64,000 nt of DNA from an uncultured Clostridia bacterium (GTDB lineage: Bacteria > Bacillota > Clostridia > Oscillospirales > Acutalibacteraceae), in assembly GCA_947631945.1 (NCBI GenBank), contig CANRNI010000001.1, positions 91,331-155,330 on the forward strand. Direction: 5' to 3'. The notes beneath the pieces were generated by a model. The model worked only from the letters and a program-made list of their open reading frames with translations. It was not told where the DNA came from and did not search any database. Positions 54,826 through 63,164 of this stretch are shown here, piece by piece. The translations under genes were made by a program, and so were the position numbers. Every line of letters starts with the position of its first letter. Positions within the stretch are counted from its first letter, which is position 1.

Positions 54826-55542
54826 ATGAAAAAATACGCTTTGATTTTTATACTTGCTTTTCTTTTTGTGTTTTCTTCATGTGAAAAAGCAAAAGAATCC
54901 GCCTTAACAACGCTGCCCGATATATCGGAAAATACTGAAACATATGAATATGTCGCGGATATCGGAGAGCATGAGGAAGTCGGTGTAACAACGGAACCGC
55001 AAACGGTAAAAAGCGAACCGACCGAAAAAAACAAATCTGAAAATCAAACAAAAAATGAGAAAAAAACGGAACGAAGAACGGAATCTGCGTCTAAAGCCAA
55101 AACGGAAAACAAAACGGAAAATAAAGCGGAAAAAAAGACCGAATCAATAACGGAGAAAAAATCGGACCGTGTAACGATTTCGGTTAACTGTTCGGAAATT
55201 CTCAATAATATGGATAAGCTTAAAAAAGGCAAGGAGTATTTTGTTCCGTCGGACGGAATTATTCTCGGCGAAACAGCTATTGAAATATCCGACGGCGATA
55301 CTGCGTTTGACGTTTTGAAAAAAGTATGTAAAAATAACGAAATACAGCTTGAATATGCGTATTCGGGAGGATTTGGCACATATTATATTGAGGGAATAAA
55401 TCAGCTTTACGAAAAGGACTGCGGAATAACCTCCGGCTGGCTTTACAGCGTAAACGGTGAATATCCGTCTGTTGGCGCGTCGTCTTATAAGCTTAAAAAC
55501 GGCGATAATATAATGTTTGTATATTCTTGTGATAATTTTTGA
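54826..55542 (+). CDS. Lipoprotein with a C-terminal DUF4430 (transcobalamin-like) domain
   Basis: Lipobox LFVFSSC, then a K/E/T-rich low-complexity linker. The C-terminal domain has the DUF4430 hallmark (GWLYSVNGEYPSVGASSYKLKNGDNIMFVYS). Confidence 0.75.
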   Translation: MKKYALIFILAFLFVFSSCEKAKESALTTLPDISENTETYEYVADIGEHEEVGVTTEPQTVKSEPTEKNKSENQTKNEKKTERRTESASKAKTENKTENKAEKKTESITEKKSDRVTISVNCSEILNNMDKLKKGKEYFVPSDGIILGETAIEISDGDTAFDVLKKVCKNNEIQLEYAYSGGFGTYYIEGINQLYEKDCGITSGWLYSVNGEYPSVGASSYKLKNGDNIMFVYSCDNF

Positions 55543-55599
55543 TTTTTTTTGAATTTTTTTATTTTTGACAAATTAACTTTGTATATTGCTTTTTCGGTA

Positions 55600-55628
55600 T
55601 TGAAAAAAATCAGATAACGGAATATAAT
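55600..55628 (+). promoter_or_regulatory. SigA-type promoter TTGAAA-17-TATAAT
   Basis: TTGAAA at 55600-55605, 17-nt spacer, TATAAT at 55623-55628, upstream of the acyl-CoA ligase gene. Confidence 0.6.
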
Positions 55629-55683
55629 TATAAAAATAATAGACAAATGGTTTTTACCTGTTTGATGTTTTAGGAGAAATGAT

Positions 55684-57381
55684 ATGAAAAAGCAAAAGAT
55701 TGATATGACGCCGGTAAGTCATCCGTATCCCGAAACTACTATGTTCGGAGCCGTCAAGGCGGCCGCTTCGCGCTTTCCCAATGAACCCGCGTTTGATTTC
55801 ATGGGCAAAATTACAAGCTTTAAAGCAATGATTAAAAAGACCGAGCTTGCGGCTGCGGCTTTCTATAAAGCGGGCATACGCGGCGGCGACGCGGTTACGA
55901 TTTGTATGCCCAATACTCCGCAGGCGGTTATATGTCTTTACGCTCTTAACAGAATAGGCGCCGTAGCAAATATGGTTCATCCTCTTTCATCGCAGACTAA
56001 CATCACGTTTTATCTTGATTATTCCGAGAGCAAAATGATTCTTACTCTCGACCAGTTTTATGTTAAGGTACGCGCCGCGGCAGATGCGGCAAAACGCGAC
56101 GTAAAGCTGATTATCGCAAGGATTCAGGACGAGTTAAGTCCCGTACTTGCGGCAGGGTATACTCTCACATCTGGTAGACCTAACCTCAAATATCCCGAAA
56201 AGGGCAGGGGAGAGTTATGGTCCGATTTTGTAAAGACCGGCAGAGGCGTTTATATTCCTCCCGTAAAATTTGACAGGAATAAAACGGCGGTTATACTTTA
56301 TTCGGGCGGAACGAGCGGTACTCCGAAGGGTATATGCCTGTCCGATTACAATTTTAACGCGCTGGGAATGCAAGTGGCCGAAATTGCAGGCTGCAATCTT
56401 ACAGCGGGCTGCAAATTCCTTTCGGTAATGCCTATATTCCATGGCTTCGGTCTTGGTATCGGAATACATACGGTGCTTGAAAACGGTGCGCAATGTATTC
56501 TTATTCCTCAGTTTACAAAGGAAACTTACGCTAAAAACGTTCTTAAAAAGAAGCCGAATTTTATAGCCGGCGTTCCGACTCTTTACGAGGCGCTTCTTAA
56601 AGTCGATGTTTTTGAGGGAGCCGATTTATCGTTCCTTGTTGGAGTTTTCAGCGGCGGCGATTCATTAAGCCCCGAGCTTAAAAAGAGAGCCGATGAATTT
56701 TTTAAAGAGCATAACGCCTCAGTTCAGATACGCGAGGGCTACGGCCTTACGGAATGTGTTACGGCGAGCTGTGTAACTCCTGTGGATAAAGCTAAAGAGG
56801 GCAGTATAGGACTGCCTTTGAGGGATATGAAATATAAAATCGTAGAGCCGGGAACGTTCAACGAAGTTCCGTACGGCGTCGCGGGGGAGATAATCCTCAC
56901 GGGTCCCACTCTTATGCTCGGATATATGAAAAACGAGGAAGCCAACGAAAACACTCTGCGCCTTGACGAAAACGGTGAAAGATGGCTTTTTACCGGCGAT
57001 ATGGGCAGTATGGACGAGGAAGGATTTGTCTATTTTAAGCAGAGAATCAAGAGAATGATAGTTTCCAGCGGCTACAATGTCTATCCGTCGCAGATTGAAA
57101 AGGTTCTCGACAAACACCCCGATATAGATTATTCCTGCGCTATAGGCGTTAAAGACCCGTATAAAATGCAGAAGGTCAGAGCGTATATCGTACTTAATGA
57201 AGGCATACCCGAAACGGACGAGGAAAAGGAAAAAATTCTCGCGTACTGCAAGGAACAGCTTGACGTTTTCGCAAGACCCAAAGAGATAGTATTCAGAAAA
57301 GAGCTTCCGAGAACTCTCGTCGGCAAGGTTGCCTATCACGTTCTTGAAGAAGAAGCTGCGGCGGAGGAAAGTAATAAATGA
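55684..57381 (+). CDS. AMP-dependent acyl-CoA synthetase (long-chain fatty acid-CoA ligase-like)
   Basis: AMP-binding motif ILYSGGTSGTPKG and GYGLTE, with C-terminal TLVGKV. Confidence 0.85.
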   Translation: MKKQKIDMTPVSHPYPETTMFGAVKAAASRFPNEPAFDFMGKITSFKAMIKKTELAAAAFYKAGIRGGDAVTICMPNTPQAVICLYALNRIGAVANMVHPLSSQTNITFYLDYSESKMILTLDQFYVKVRAAADAAKRDVKLIIARIQDELSPVLAAGYTLTSGRPNLKYPEKGRGELWSDFVKTGRGVYIPPVKFDRNKTAVILYSGGTSGTPKGICLSDYNFNALGMQVAEIAGCNLTAGCKFLSVMPIFHGFGLGIGIHTVLENGAQCILIPQFTKETYAKNVLKKKPNFIAGVPTLYEALLKVDVFEGADLSFLVGVFSGGDSLSPELKKRADEFFKEHNASVQIREGYGLTECVTASCVTPVDKAKEGSIGLPLRDMKYKIVEPGTFNEVPYGVAGEIILTGPTLMLGYMKNEEANENTLRLDENGERWLFTGDMGSMDEEGFVYFKQRIKRMIVSSGYNVYPSQIEKVLDKHPDIDYSCAIGVKDPYKMQKVRAYIVLNEGIPETDEEKEKILAYCKEQLDVFARPKEIVFRKELPRTLVGKVAYHVLEEEAAAEESNK

Positions 57382-58592
57382 GCGATGAAATCGGCGTAAA
57401 AGACGTAAGAAAAGACTATAAATTAAACGTTGCCGTTGTGAAAACCGTGATTGCCGTTTTCGCAAAGCCCGTAATGAAATATATAGGCGCGGAAATTGAG
57501 CGTTACACTCCTAAAAATAAGACGTTTATACTTATCTCAAATCATTCCGACCCGCTTGACCCGGGGTTTGAAATGTACGCGATAAACAGATATATGAGAT
57601 TTGTAGCGGCCGATCACATAGCCAGAGCCAAGGTGGGAGGCTGGCTTATAACCAAGCTCGGGGGAGCTATTATAAAACACCGCGAAAAGCCGTCGTCCGT
57701 TCTCACAGATGAAATTTTGGAAAATCTGAAAGCCGGAATCCCCGTAGGAATCCACGCCGAGGGCGGAACAAGCGTAAACGGTGAAACGGGGTTTATTTCG
57801 GAGCATACGGGGCAGCTCGTTAAGGATTCGGGCGTCGCTCTTATAACATTCCGTTTTACGGGCGGATATTTAAGGTCGCCGCGATGGTCAAAATCAAACA
57901 GGCGCGGACCTCTTTACGGAAAGGTTATTAACGAATATTCCGCTCAGGAGCTTTCAAAATTATCCGTAAAGGAAATAACCGATATTATAAGGCGCGATAC
58001 GTTCGTCAACGTATATGACGAGCAGCGCAAAATCATGGGAAAGTATAGGGGCAAAAATCTTGCCGAGTACGTTGAGAGAATACTGTTTATGTGTCCGTCC
58101 TGCAATACGATAGGCGAACTGCACAGCCATGACGATTTGCTGAAATGCGATAAGTGCGGTTATACCGTCCGTTACGGTGAGGACGCGTTTTTCCATGACG
58201 CGGGAAGCGGTCTTGTTTTTGATAATATTTGCGATTGGGACAAATGGCAGATAAAATCATGGAAGGACATAGTTCTTTCCGCAAAGGACGGAGAAAAGAT
58301 TTTTGAGGAAAAGGGACAAATCATTTACGAGATAAACGGAAGCGAAAAAAATCTTGTCTGCGACAGCGCGGCGTTATGTATTTACAAGGACAGCTTTCAT
58401 ATAATTCCCGAAAACGGAGATGAAAAAACAATCATACCGTTTGATAAAATAAAAAAAGTGCAGTTAGCCTTAAAGGACTCTCTGCTTCTAATAGACGATA
58501 AAAATTATTTTGAAATAAGATGCGGCGTTCCGAGGGCGGCGTCAAAATACGTCGCTGCGTGGAGATTTCTTACCGGCAGGGATTATTTCTGA
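57378..58592 (+). CDS. PlsC-family lysophospholipid acyltransferase with an internal zinc ribbon and C-terminal extension
   Basis: HxxxxD motif (NHSDPLDP) and the HAEGGTS block. CPSCN...CDKCG forms a Cys4 ribbon, followed by a ~150-aa C-terminal domain. The start overlaps the upstream stop (ATGA). Confidence 0.75.
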   Translation: MSDEIGVKDVRKDYKLNVAVVKTVIAVFAKPVMKYIGAEIERYTPKNKTFILISNHSDPLDPGFEMYAINRYMRFVAADHIARAKVGGWLITKLGGAIIKHREKPSSVLTDEILENLKAGIPVGIHAEGGTSVNGETGFISEHTGQLVKDSGVALITFRFTGGYLRSPRWSKSNRRGPLYGKVINEYSAQELSKLSVKEITDIIRRDTFVNVYDEQRKIMGKYRGKNLAEYVERILFMCPSCNTIGELHSHDDLLKCDKCGYTVRYGEDAFFHDAGSGLVFDNICDWDKWQIKSWKDIVLSAKDGEKIFEEKGQIIYEINGSEKNLVCDSAALCIYKDSFHIIPENGDEKTIIPFDKIKKVQLALKDSLLLIDDKNYFEIRCGVPRAASKYVAAWRFLTGRDYF

Positions 58593-58596
58593 CATC

Positions 58597-58683
58597 TTAA
58601 GGTGTGTCTAAACAAGTTCGGTACATTGTCGGACGAAAAATTGACGGTGCAATCTGCACGTTCGATTTAATCTGTTCTTCCCT
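58597..58683 (+). mobile_element. MITE-like repeat, third terminus type (87 bp)
   Basis: TTAAGGTGTGTCTAAAC...GCAATCTGCACGTTCGATTTAATCTGTTCTTCCC. The right end is B-type and the left end is novel. Confidence 0.7.
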
Positions 58684-58706
58684 AATAATGAAAGGAGTTT
58701 TATCAT

Positions 58707-59564
58707 TTGACAGGAATAATTGACGTTGGCGGAGGTATGAAGTGCGCGTACTCCGCCGGACTTTACGATTATTTTTTGGATAACGGCATTGAATTTGATT
58801 ATTATCTCGGAATATCCGCAGGAAGTATGAATCTTTTGTCGTTTATAGCCGGTGAGCGCGGGCGAAACATAAAAATGTACAGAAGCAGCGCTATGGGAAA
58901 TGATTATCTGAGCATTTCAAATTTTCTACATACGGGCGCATATATGAATTATGAAAAGGTTCGGGAGGATTTTTATTCCGATACGGGACGGGACGCGTTT
59001 AACTTTCAAAAGTTTTATCAGTCCGAAAGCCCTTTTATAGTTACCGTAACCGAGGGTGAAAGCGGAGAAACGGTATATTTTGACAGAAACGATATGACGG
59101 ACAGGGAAAAGCTCCTTGATATTATAAGCGCGTCCTGCTGTCTGCCGCTTGTGAGCAAACCTATAAGGATTAACGGCAATGACTATTTTGACGGCGGACT
59201 TGCCGAGCCTGTGCCGTTCAGAAGGGCATTTGACGATGGTTGCGATAAGCTGGTAGTGGTTATGTCCGCGCCGGTTGAACAAAAACGTGAAAAGCTTCCC
59301 GGAATGAATATATTGGGTCCCTCTCTTTTAAGGGATTATCACAATATTGCCGACGTTCTCGAGGACAGGCATATAATCTATAACTATATGATACGCTGTT
59401 TGAAAGAGTATGAGCGGGCGGGCAAGGTGTTGATTTTTTCTCCCGAGGATATCCCCGGAGCGTTTTCCCTTGTAAAGGACGTTGAGGTAATAGATAAACT
59501 GTATGAAAACGGTTACCGCGACGGTCTTAACAACATAAAGGCCGTCCAAAAAATACTTGAATGA
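58707..59564 (+). CDS. Patatin-like phospholipase
   Basis: Oxyanion GGGMK, nucleophile GISAGS (GxSxG) and the Asp dyad FDGGL. TTG start behind an AAAGGAG RBS. Confidence 0.85.
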   Translation: MTGIIDVGGGMKCAYSAGLYDYFLDNGIEFDYYLGISAGSMNLLSFIAGERGRNIKMYRSSAMGNDYLSISNFLHTGAYMNYEKVREDFYSDTGRDAFNFQKFYQSESPFIVTVTEGESGETVYFDRNDMTDREKLLDIISASCCLPLVSKPIRINGNDYFDGGLAEPVPFRRAFDDGCDKLVVVMSAPVEQKREKLPGMNILGPSLLRDYHNIADVLEDRHIIYNYMIRCLKEYERAGKVLIFSPEDIPGAFSLVKDVEVIDKLYENGYRDGLNNIKAVQKILE

Positions 59565-59604
59565 TATTATATCCGTTAATTATAACAGAAATACGTTAAT
59601 TCTA

Positions 59605-59640
59605 ACAGAAAAACGGCGGAATTTCCCGCCGTTTTTCTGT
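59605..59640. terminator. Bidirectional rho-independent terminator
   Basis: ACAGAAAAACGGCGG-AATTTC-CCGCCGTTTTTCTGT is a perfect stem between convergent genes. Confidence 0.85.
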
Positions 59641-59686
59641 TATATATCCGATTAAGGAAACAAACGCTTTGTACCGTGAGCAGATA

Positions 59687-60235
59687 TTATTTAAATATAT
59701 TCCTGAATTTTTTCTGCCATTTAAGAAGGTATACTGTAACAAGTCTTGTTAAACATATATCATACAGCACAAACATAATGTTTGCGGCGGCTAAAAGAGC
59801 CGGCAGAATCCATTTTCCTCCGTTTTCCAATTCCTCGATAGGAATACCGAAAACCTTTACTATTATAATGTATGCGGCTACTATAGCGGCATTTGATACC
59901 AATAGCTTTACAAGCAGACAGACGCCGTTATTTTTGATTTTGCTTTCAAGCACAGGTTTCAGAATAGGGTAGCAGCCGAAATAAGCTATATACATCATTG
60001 CGGTTTCCTTATTCGCAAGGATAAGTATTGACAGTATGCTTACCGCCGCATATGCGCAGACTGCCCATTTCTTATTGATTTCAATGACCATAAGTATGAG
60101 CAGAGCGCCTGCGATGGCGGGAAGAGCATATTCAAGATAAGGTATTACAGCCGTTAACAGCATTATTACAAGCGAAAGAGCGGTTATTATTCCGCCGAGA
60201 GCCGTTTTTGCGCTGTTTCTCATTTTAATCGTCAC
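59687..60235 (-). CDS. Integral membrane protein (possibly an ECF S-component-like fold)
   Basis: About 5-6 TM helices and no diagnostic motif. The start is uncertain (GTG 60235 behind AGGAGA, or ATG 60223). Confidence 0.5.
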   Translation of the reverse strand: MTIKMRNSAKTALGGIITALSLVIMLLTAVIPYLEYALPAIAGALLILMVIEINKKWAVCAYAAVSILSILILANKETAMMYIAYFGCYPILKPVLESKIKNNGVCLLVKLLVSNAAIVAAYIIIVKVFGIPIEELENGGKWILPALLAAANIMFVLYDICLTRLVTVYLLKWQKKFRNIFK

Positions 60236-60298
60236 ACAACAGTACTGTCTCCTGATAGTAAAAAACACAAAGACAGTACCGTTCCTTTCCGAATATTT

Positions 60299-60381
60299 TT
60301 AAGACCGATTAAATCGAATGTGCAGATTGCGCCGCCGTATTTTTGCCGAAAAGACGCGTGCCGTGTTTAGACACAATCTAA
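60299..60381 (-). mobile_element. MITE-like repeat, third terminus type, inverted relative to 58597-58683
   Basis: TTAAGACCGATTAAATCGAATGTGCAGATTGC...GTTTAGACACAATCTAA aligns with the reverse complement of the 58597 copy. Confidence 0.65.
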
Positions 60382-60403
60382 TCATGAGGGCGCCGCCTTA
60401 ATT

Positions 60404-61060
60404 TCAGCAACAGGGGATAAGGTCCCCGCCCATACATTCACAGCAGCAGTCGGCGCATATGAGCCCCTGACACATATTGCAGAAACCACATTCGGAGTCG
60501 GCGCGTCTGCCGTTTGACATTCTGTATCCGCCGTTTCTTTGGGAATTCATGGATTGATATGCCCTTGTGTATTCGGGATTAACGGAATCCATTCTGTAAG
60601 CCCTTTCATAGTTCTCATACGCGGCGTTTACCCAGCCTTTTTTCTGCTGTATCATGCCCTGTAAATAAAACCACTCGGCAATCCGTGATTCATCGGGGAT
60701 ATTATCAAGCATTATCTGAGCGCCGTCAAGCTCGTTTCTCCTGATTTTTTCACGGATTTCGGCGTATGTCGGCGGAGTATACGAGCCTTGGGAATAGTTA
60801 TTGGAGGAATACGCCGAGCCCGCCGTATAGGTACTGTTCGAGGAATAATCTCCCGAGGAATAGCCTCCCGAGCGTCTTGACGATATGATACTGTCATAAG
60901 CGTCGTCAAGCTCACGCATTTTTTTATCGGCTATATCCGAAAGCGGACCGTTTGAATAATTATCCGCCTGATATTTTCTCGCTTTTTCACGGTAAGCGTT
61001 TTTTATTTCTTCATCGGTCGCATTTTGAGATACGCCTAAGATTTCATACGGGTCACTCAT
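60404..61060 (-). CDS. J-domain protein with a TPR-like middle region and a Cys-rich C-terminal tail
   Basis: J domain (DPYEILGV...EIKNAYREKARKYQAD, but with QAD in place of HPD), a Ser/Tyr/Gly-rich linker, and the tail CGFCNMCQGLICADCCCECMGGDLIPCC. Confidence 0.75.
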   Translation of the reverse strand: MSDPYEILGVSQNATDEEIKNAYREKARKYQADNYSNGPLSDIADKKMRELDDAYDSIISSRRSGGYSSGDYSSNSTYTAGSAYSSNNYSQGSYTPPTYAEIREKIRRNELDGAQIMLDNIPDESRIAEWFYLQGMIQQKKGWVNAAYENYERAYRMDSVNPEYTRAYQSMNSQRNGGYRMSNGRRADSECGFCNMCQGLICADCCCECMGGDLIPCC

Positions 61061-61898
61061 TATGCAGCCTCCTTTCGTATACTTTCAACGTTTCATAATA
61101 TAATCCGTCGTAAATAATATTTGATATAATGCCGCCGAAGCTTTTTATATCCAATAACTCGTATGCTTTTGCGGCTTCTCCCGCCGTCATAAGCAAATCG
61201 CCTTTAATTTTTTCATAATTATCGTTAGAGCCGAGCAGAAACGGATTGTAATTGCCTGATTTTCTGTCCTTTTCCATATCGTCGAACGCGTCGATAAGAT
61301 ACACCCAGCGGCCTATGCAGTATCCGACTCTTTCCCTTACCCGCCTGTCCGTCTCGTCAGGCTCGTTAAGCGAATACAGCTTTTGAAGCATTACGGCTGT
61401 AGGCTCGGCGGCTTCGTCAATCGACACGGCCGCTTTTTCCTCAACCAAATACTGCGTTTGAATATATTCTTTGATTATTATTGCCGCGTCGGGACATAAT
61501 TTTTCAGCTTTTTTAAAAGGTCTTATTATTAATATCAAAAGTATTCTATATGCGATTGCTTTAAAGAATGTTGAATCACGTATATTATCCTTTATTTTAT
61601 AAAAAAGCAGAATGACCGACACGTCGGCGGCAAACGCCAGAGCTTCCGACTTCTCTTTAAGAAAGTTGCATTTTTTGGCAGGATTGAACGGACAGCGTTT
61701 TTTTACAAAGCATTGCTTACGGTTCGATAAAGCCATAACGGCAATCGCGAGAAACGTTGCGTCGTAGCTCAAAAACATACGCGACATTATGCCGTACCGC
61801 TTGCCCAGCTCACGGCAGAGCGAGCAGTACACAGCCTTGTATGCTTCGTCCTCCCAAACTTTAAGCTCGGGACGGTGCGTCCTTATATATCCGTACAA
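61053..61898 (-). CDS. Cys-motif protein resembling the DUF5685 family
   Basis: N-terminal YCSLCRELGKRYG and CFVKKRCPFNPAKKC motifs. It overlaps the J-domain gene by 8 nt. The family name is from memory. Confidence 0.55.
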   Translation of the reverse strand: MYGYIRTHRPELKVWEDEAYKAVYCSLCRELGKRYGIMSRMFLSYDATFLAIAVMALSNRKQCFVKKRCPFNPAKKCNFLKEKSEALAFAADVSVILLFYKIKDNIRDSTFFKAIAYRILLILIIRPFKKAEKLCPDAAIIIKEYIQTQYLVEEKAAVSIDEAAEPTAVMLQKLYSLNEPDETDRRVRERVGYCIGRWVYLIDAFDDMEKDRKSGNYNPFLLGSNDNYEKIKGDLLMTAGEAAKAYELLDIKSFGGIISNIIYDGLYYETLKVYERRLHNE

Positions 61899-61952
61899 AA
61901 TTGCCCTCCGAATAATTAATACTATAGTGAGAACGGACTCTAATTACTTAAT

Positions 61953-63035
61953 TTAAAGTATAACTTCGTGGCCTATACGCGCCGATTCATATATAGCGTC
62001 AAGTATACGCATCAAATCAACGCCGTCCTGCGCGGGCGCTATGCACTCTGTTCCGTTCAGTACGCAGTCTACAAAATGATTTATCTCATTTGCGAAAAGT
62101 CCGGAAAATGAAAGCGCGGTATCGTCGTCAAAGTTAACGTTGACCATGTGATTGTTTATATCGGTGAAAATTTCAACCTGCGGGTCGAGCTTACAGCCTG
62201 CTTTCGTTCCGAAAAGCTGAATATCATTCTCGGTCTCTTTGATGTTAAGACTGAAGCTGGCTTCGATGCTAAGCACAGTACCGTTGTCAAAGCGTATCAT
62301 TGCAGAAGCTAAATCCTCGACGTCGCAATATTCTGTATTTAAAGCGCTTCCGCGTTCGGCGTCCGCCGCGCAGTAGCCCTTGGAGGATTTGATTCCCGGT
62401 CTATTCAGGAGCTTTTGGAAGGTCGCGCCGTAAACGGAAACAGGCTGAGGCCTTCCTACAAGATATCTTACAAAGTCGATAATATGAACGCCTAAATCTA
62501 TAAGAGGACCGCCGCCCGAACGGGATTTATCGCTGAACCAGCCGCCGGGATTGCCGTTTCTTCTGAGGTAAGTCGCTTTCGCATAATATATTTCTCCGAA
62601 ATTTCCCGCGTCGATAAAATCCTTTATTACGCTGCAATCGTTGCCGAAACGTCTTACAAAGCCTATTTGAAGAAGTCTTCCGTTTCTGTCTGCCGCTTCT
62701 TTCATTTTTTTAGCTTCCTCGGCGTTTGTAGCCATAGGCTTTTCGCAGATAACGTCCTTGCCCGCGTTAAGAGCGGCAATAGTACATTCGGCGTGAGCGC
62801 TGTTCCATGTCGTAACGCTTACTATATCTATCTCGGGAAGAGCTGCGAACATTTCGTCTTTATCCGTAAAGCATCTTTCTTTAGGTATGCCGTAAAGCTC
62901 ACCCTTTTCGAGAAGTCTTTTTTCATTTATATCGCAGAGCGCGTAAAGCTCTACGTTTGGATTCGCAATATAAGCGGTAATATGTTCTTTGCTTATGCTT
63001 CCTATGCCTATTACGGCGGCTTTTAAAATTTTCAT
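61953..63035 (-). CDS. Gfo/Idh/MocA-family oxidoreductase
   Basis: AAVIGIGSISKEH Rossmann motif and EKP motif (ICEKPM). ATG 63035 lies behind GGAGG. Confidence 0.85.
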   Translation of the reverse strand: MKILKAAVIGIGSISKEHITAYIANPNVELYALCDINEKRLLEKGELYGIPKERCFTDKDEMFAALPEIDIVSVTTWNSAHAECTIAALNAGKDVICEKPMATNAEEAKKMKEAADRNGRLLQIGFVRRFGNDCSVIKDFIDAGNFGEIYYAKATYLRRNGNPGGWFSDKSRSGGGPLIDLGVHIIDFVRYLVGRPQPVSVYGATFQKLLNRPGIKSSKGYCAADAERGSALNTEYCDVEDLASAMIRFDNGTVLSIEASFSLNIKETENDIQLFGTKAGCKLDPQVEIFTDINNHMVNVNFDDDTALSFSGLFANEINHFVDCVLNGTECIAPAQDGVDLMRILDAIYESARIGHEVIL

Positions 63036-63164
63036 TTCGGTGTACCTCCACACAAATTATCATGATAATATTAGCAGAGTATAAATATTAATTCAATATT
63101 TTTTTGACATTTTTATTGAAAAATTTTACGCGGCAACTTATAATATGTCGGGAGATGATGCTTT

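Noticed and set aside
55020-55150. A repetitive AAAACGGAAAA-rich DNA tract lies inside the gene at 54826-55542.
   Set aside because: It encodes the in-frame K/E/T/N-rich low-complexity tether (TENKTENKAEKKTES) between the lipobox and the DUF4430 domain. It is a protein linker, not an independent repeat element.
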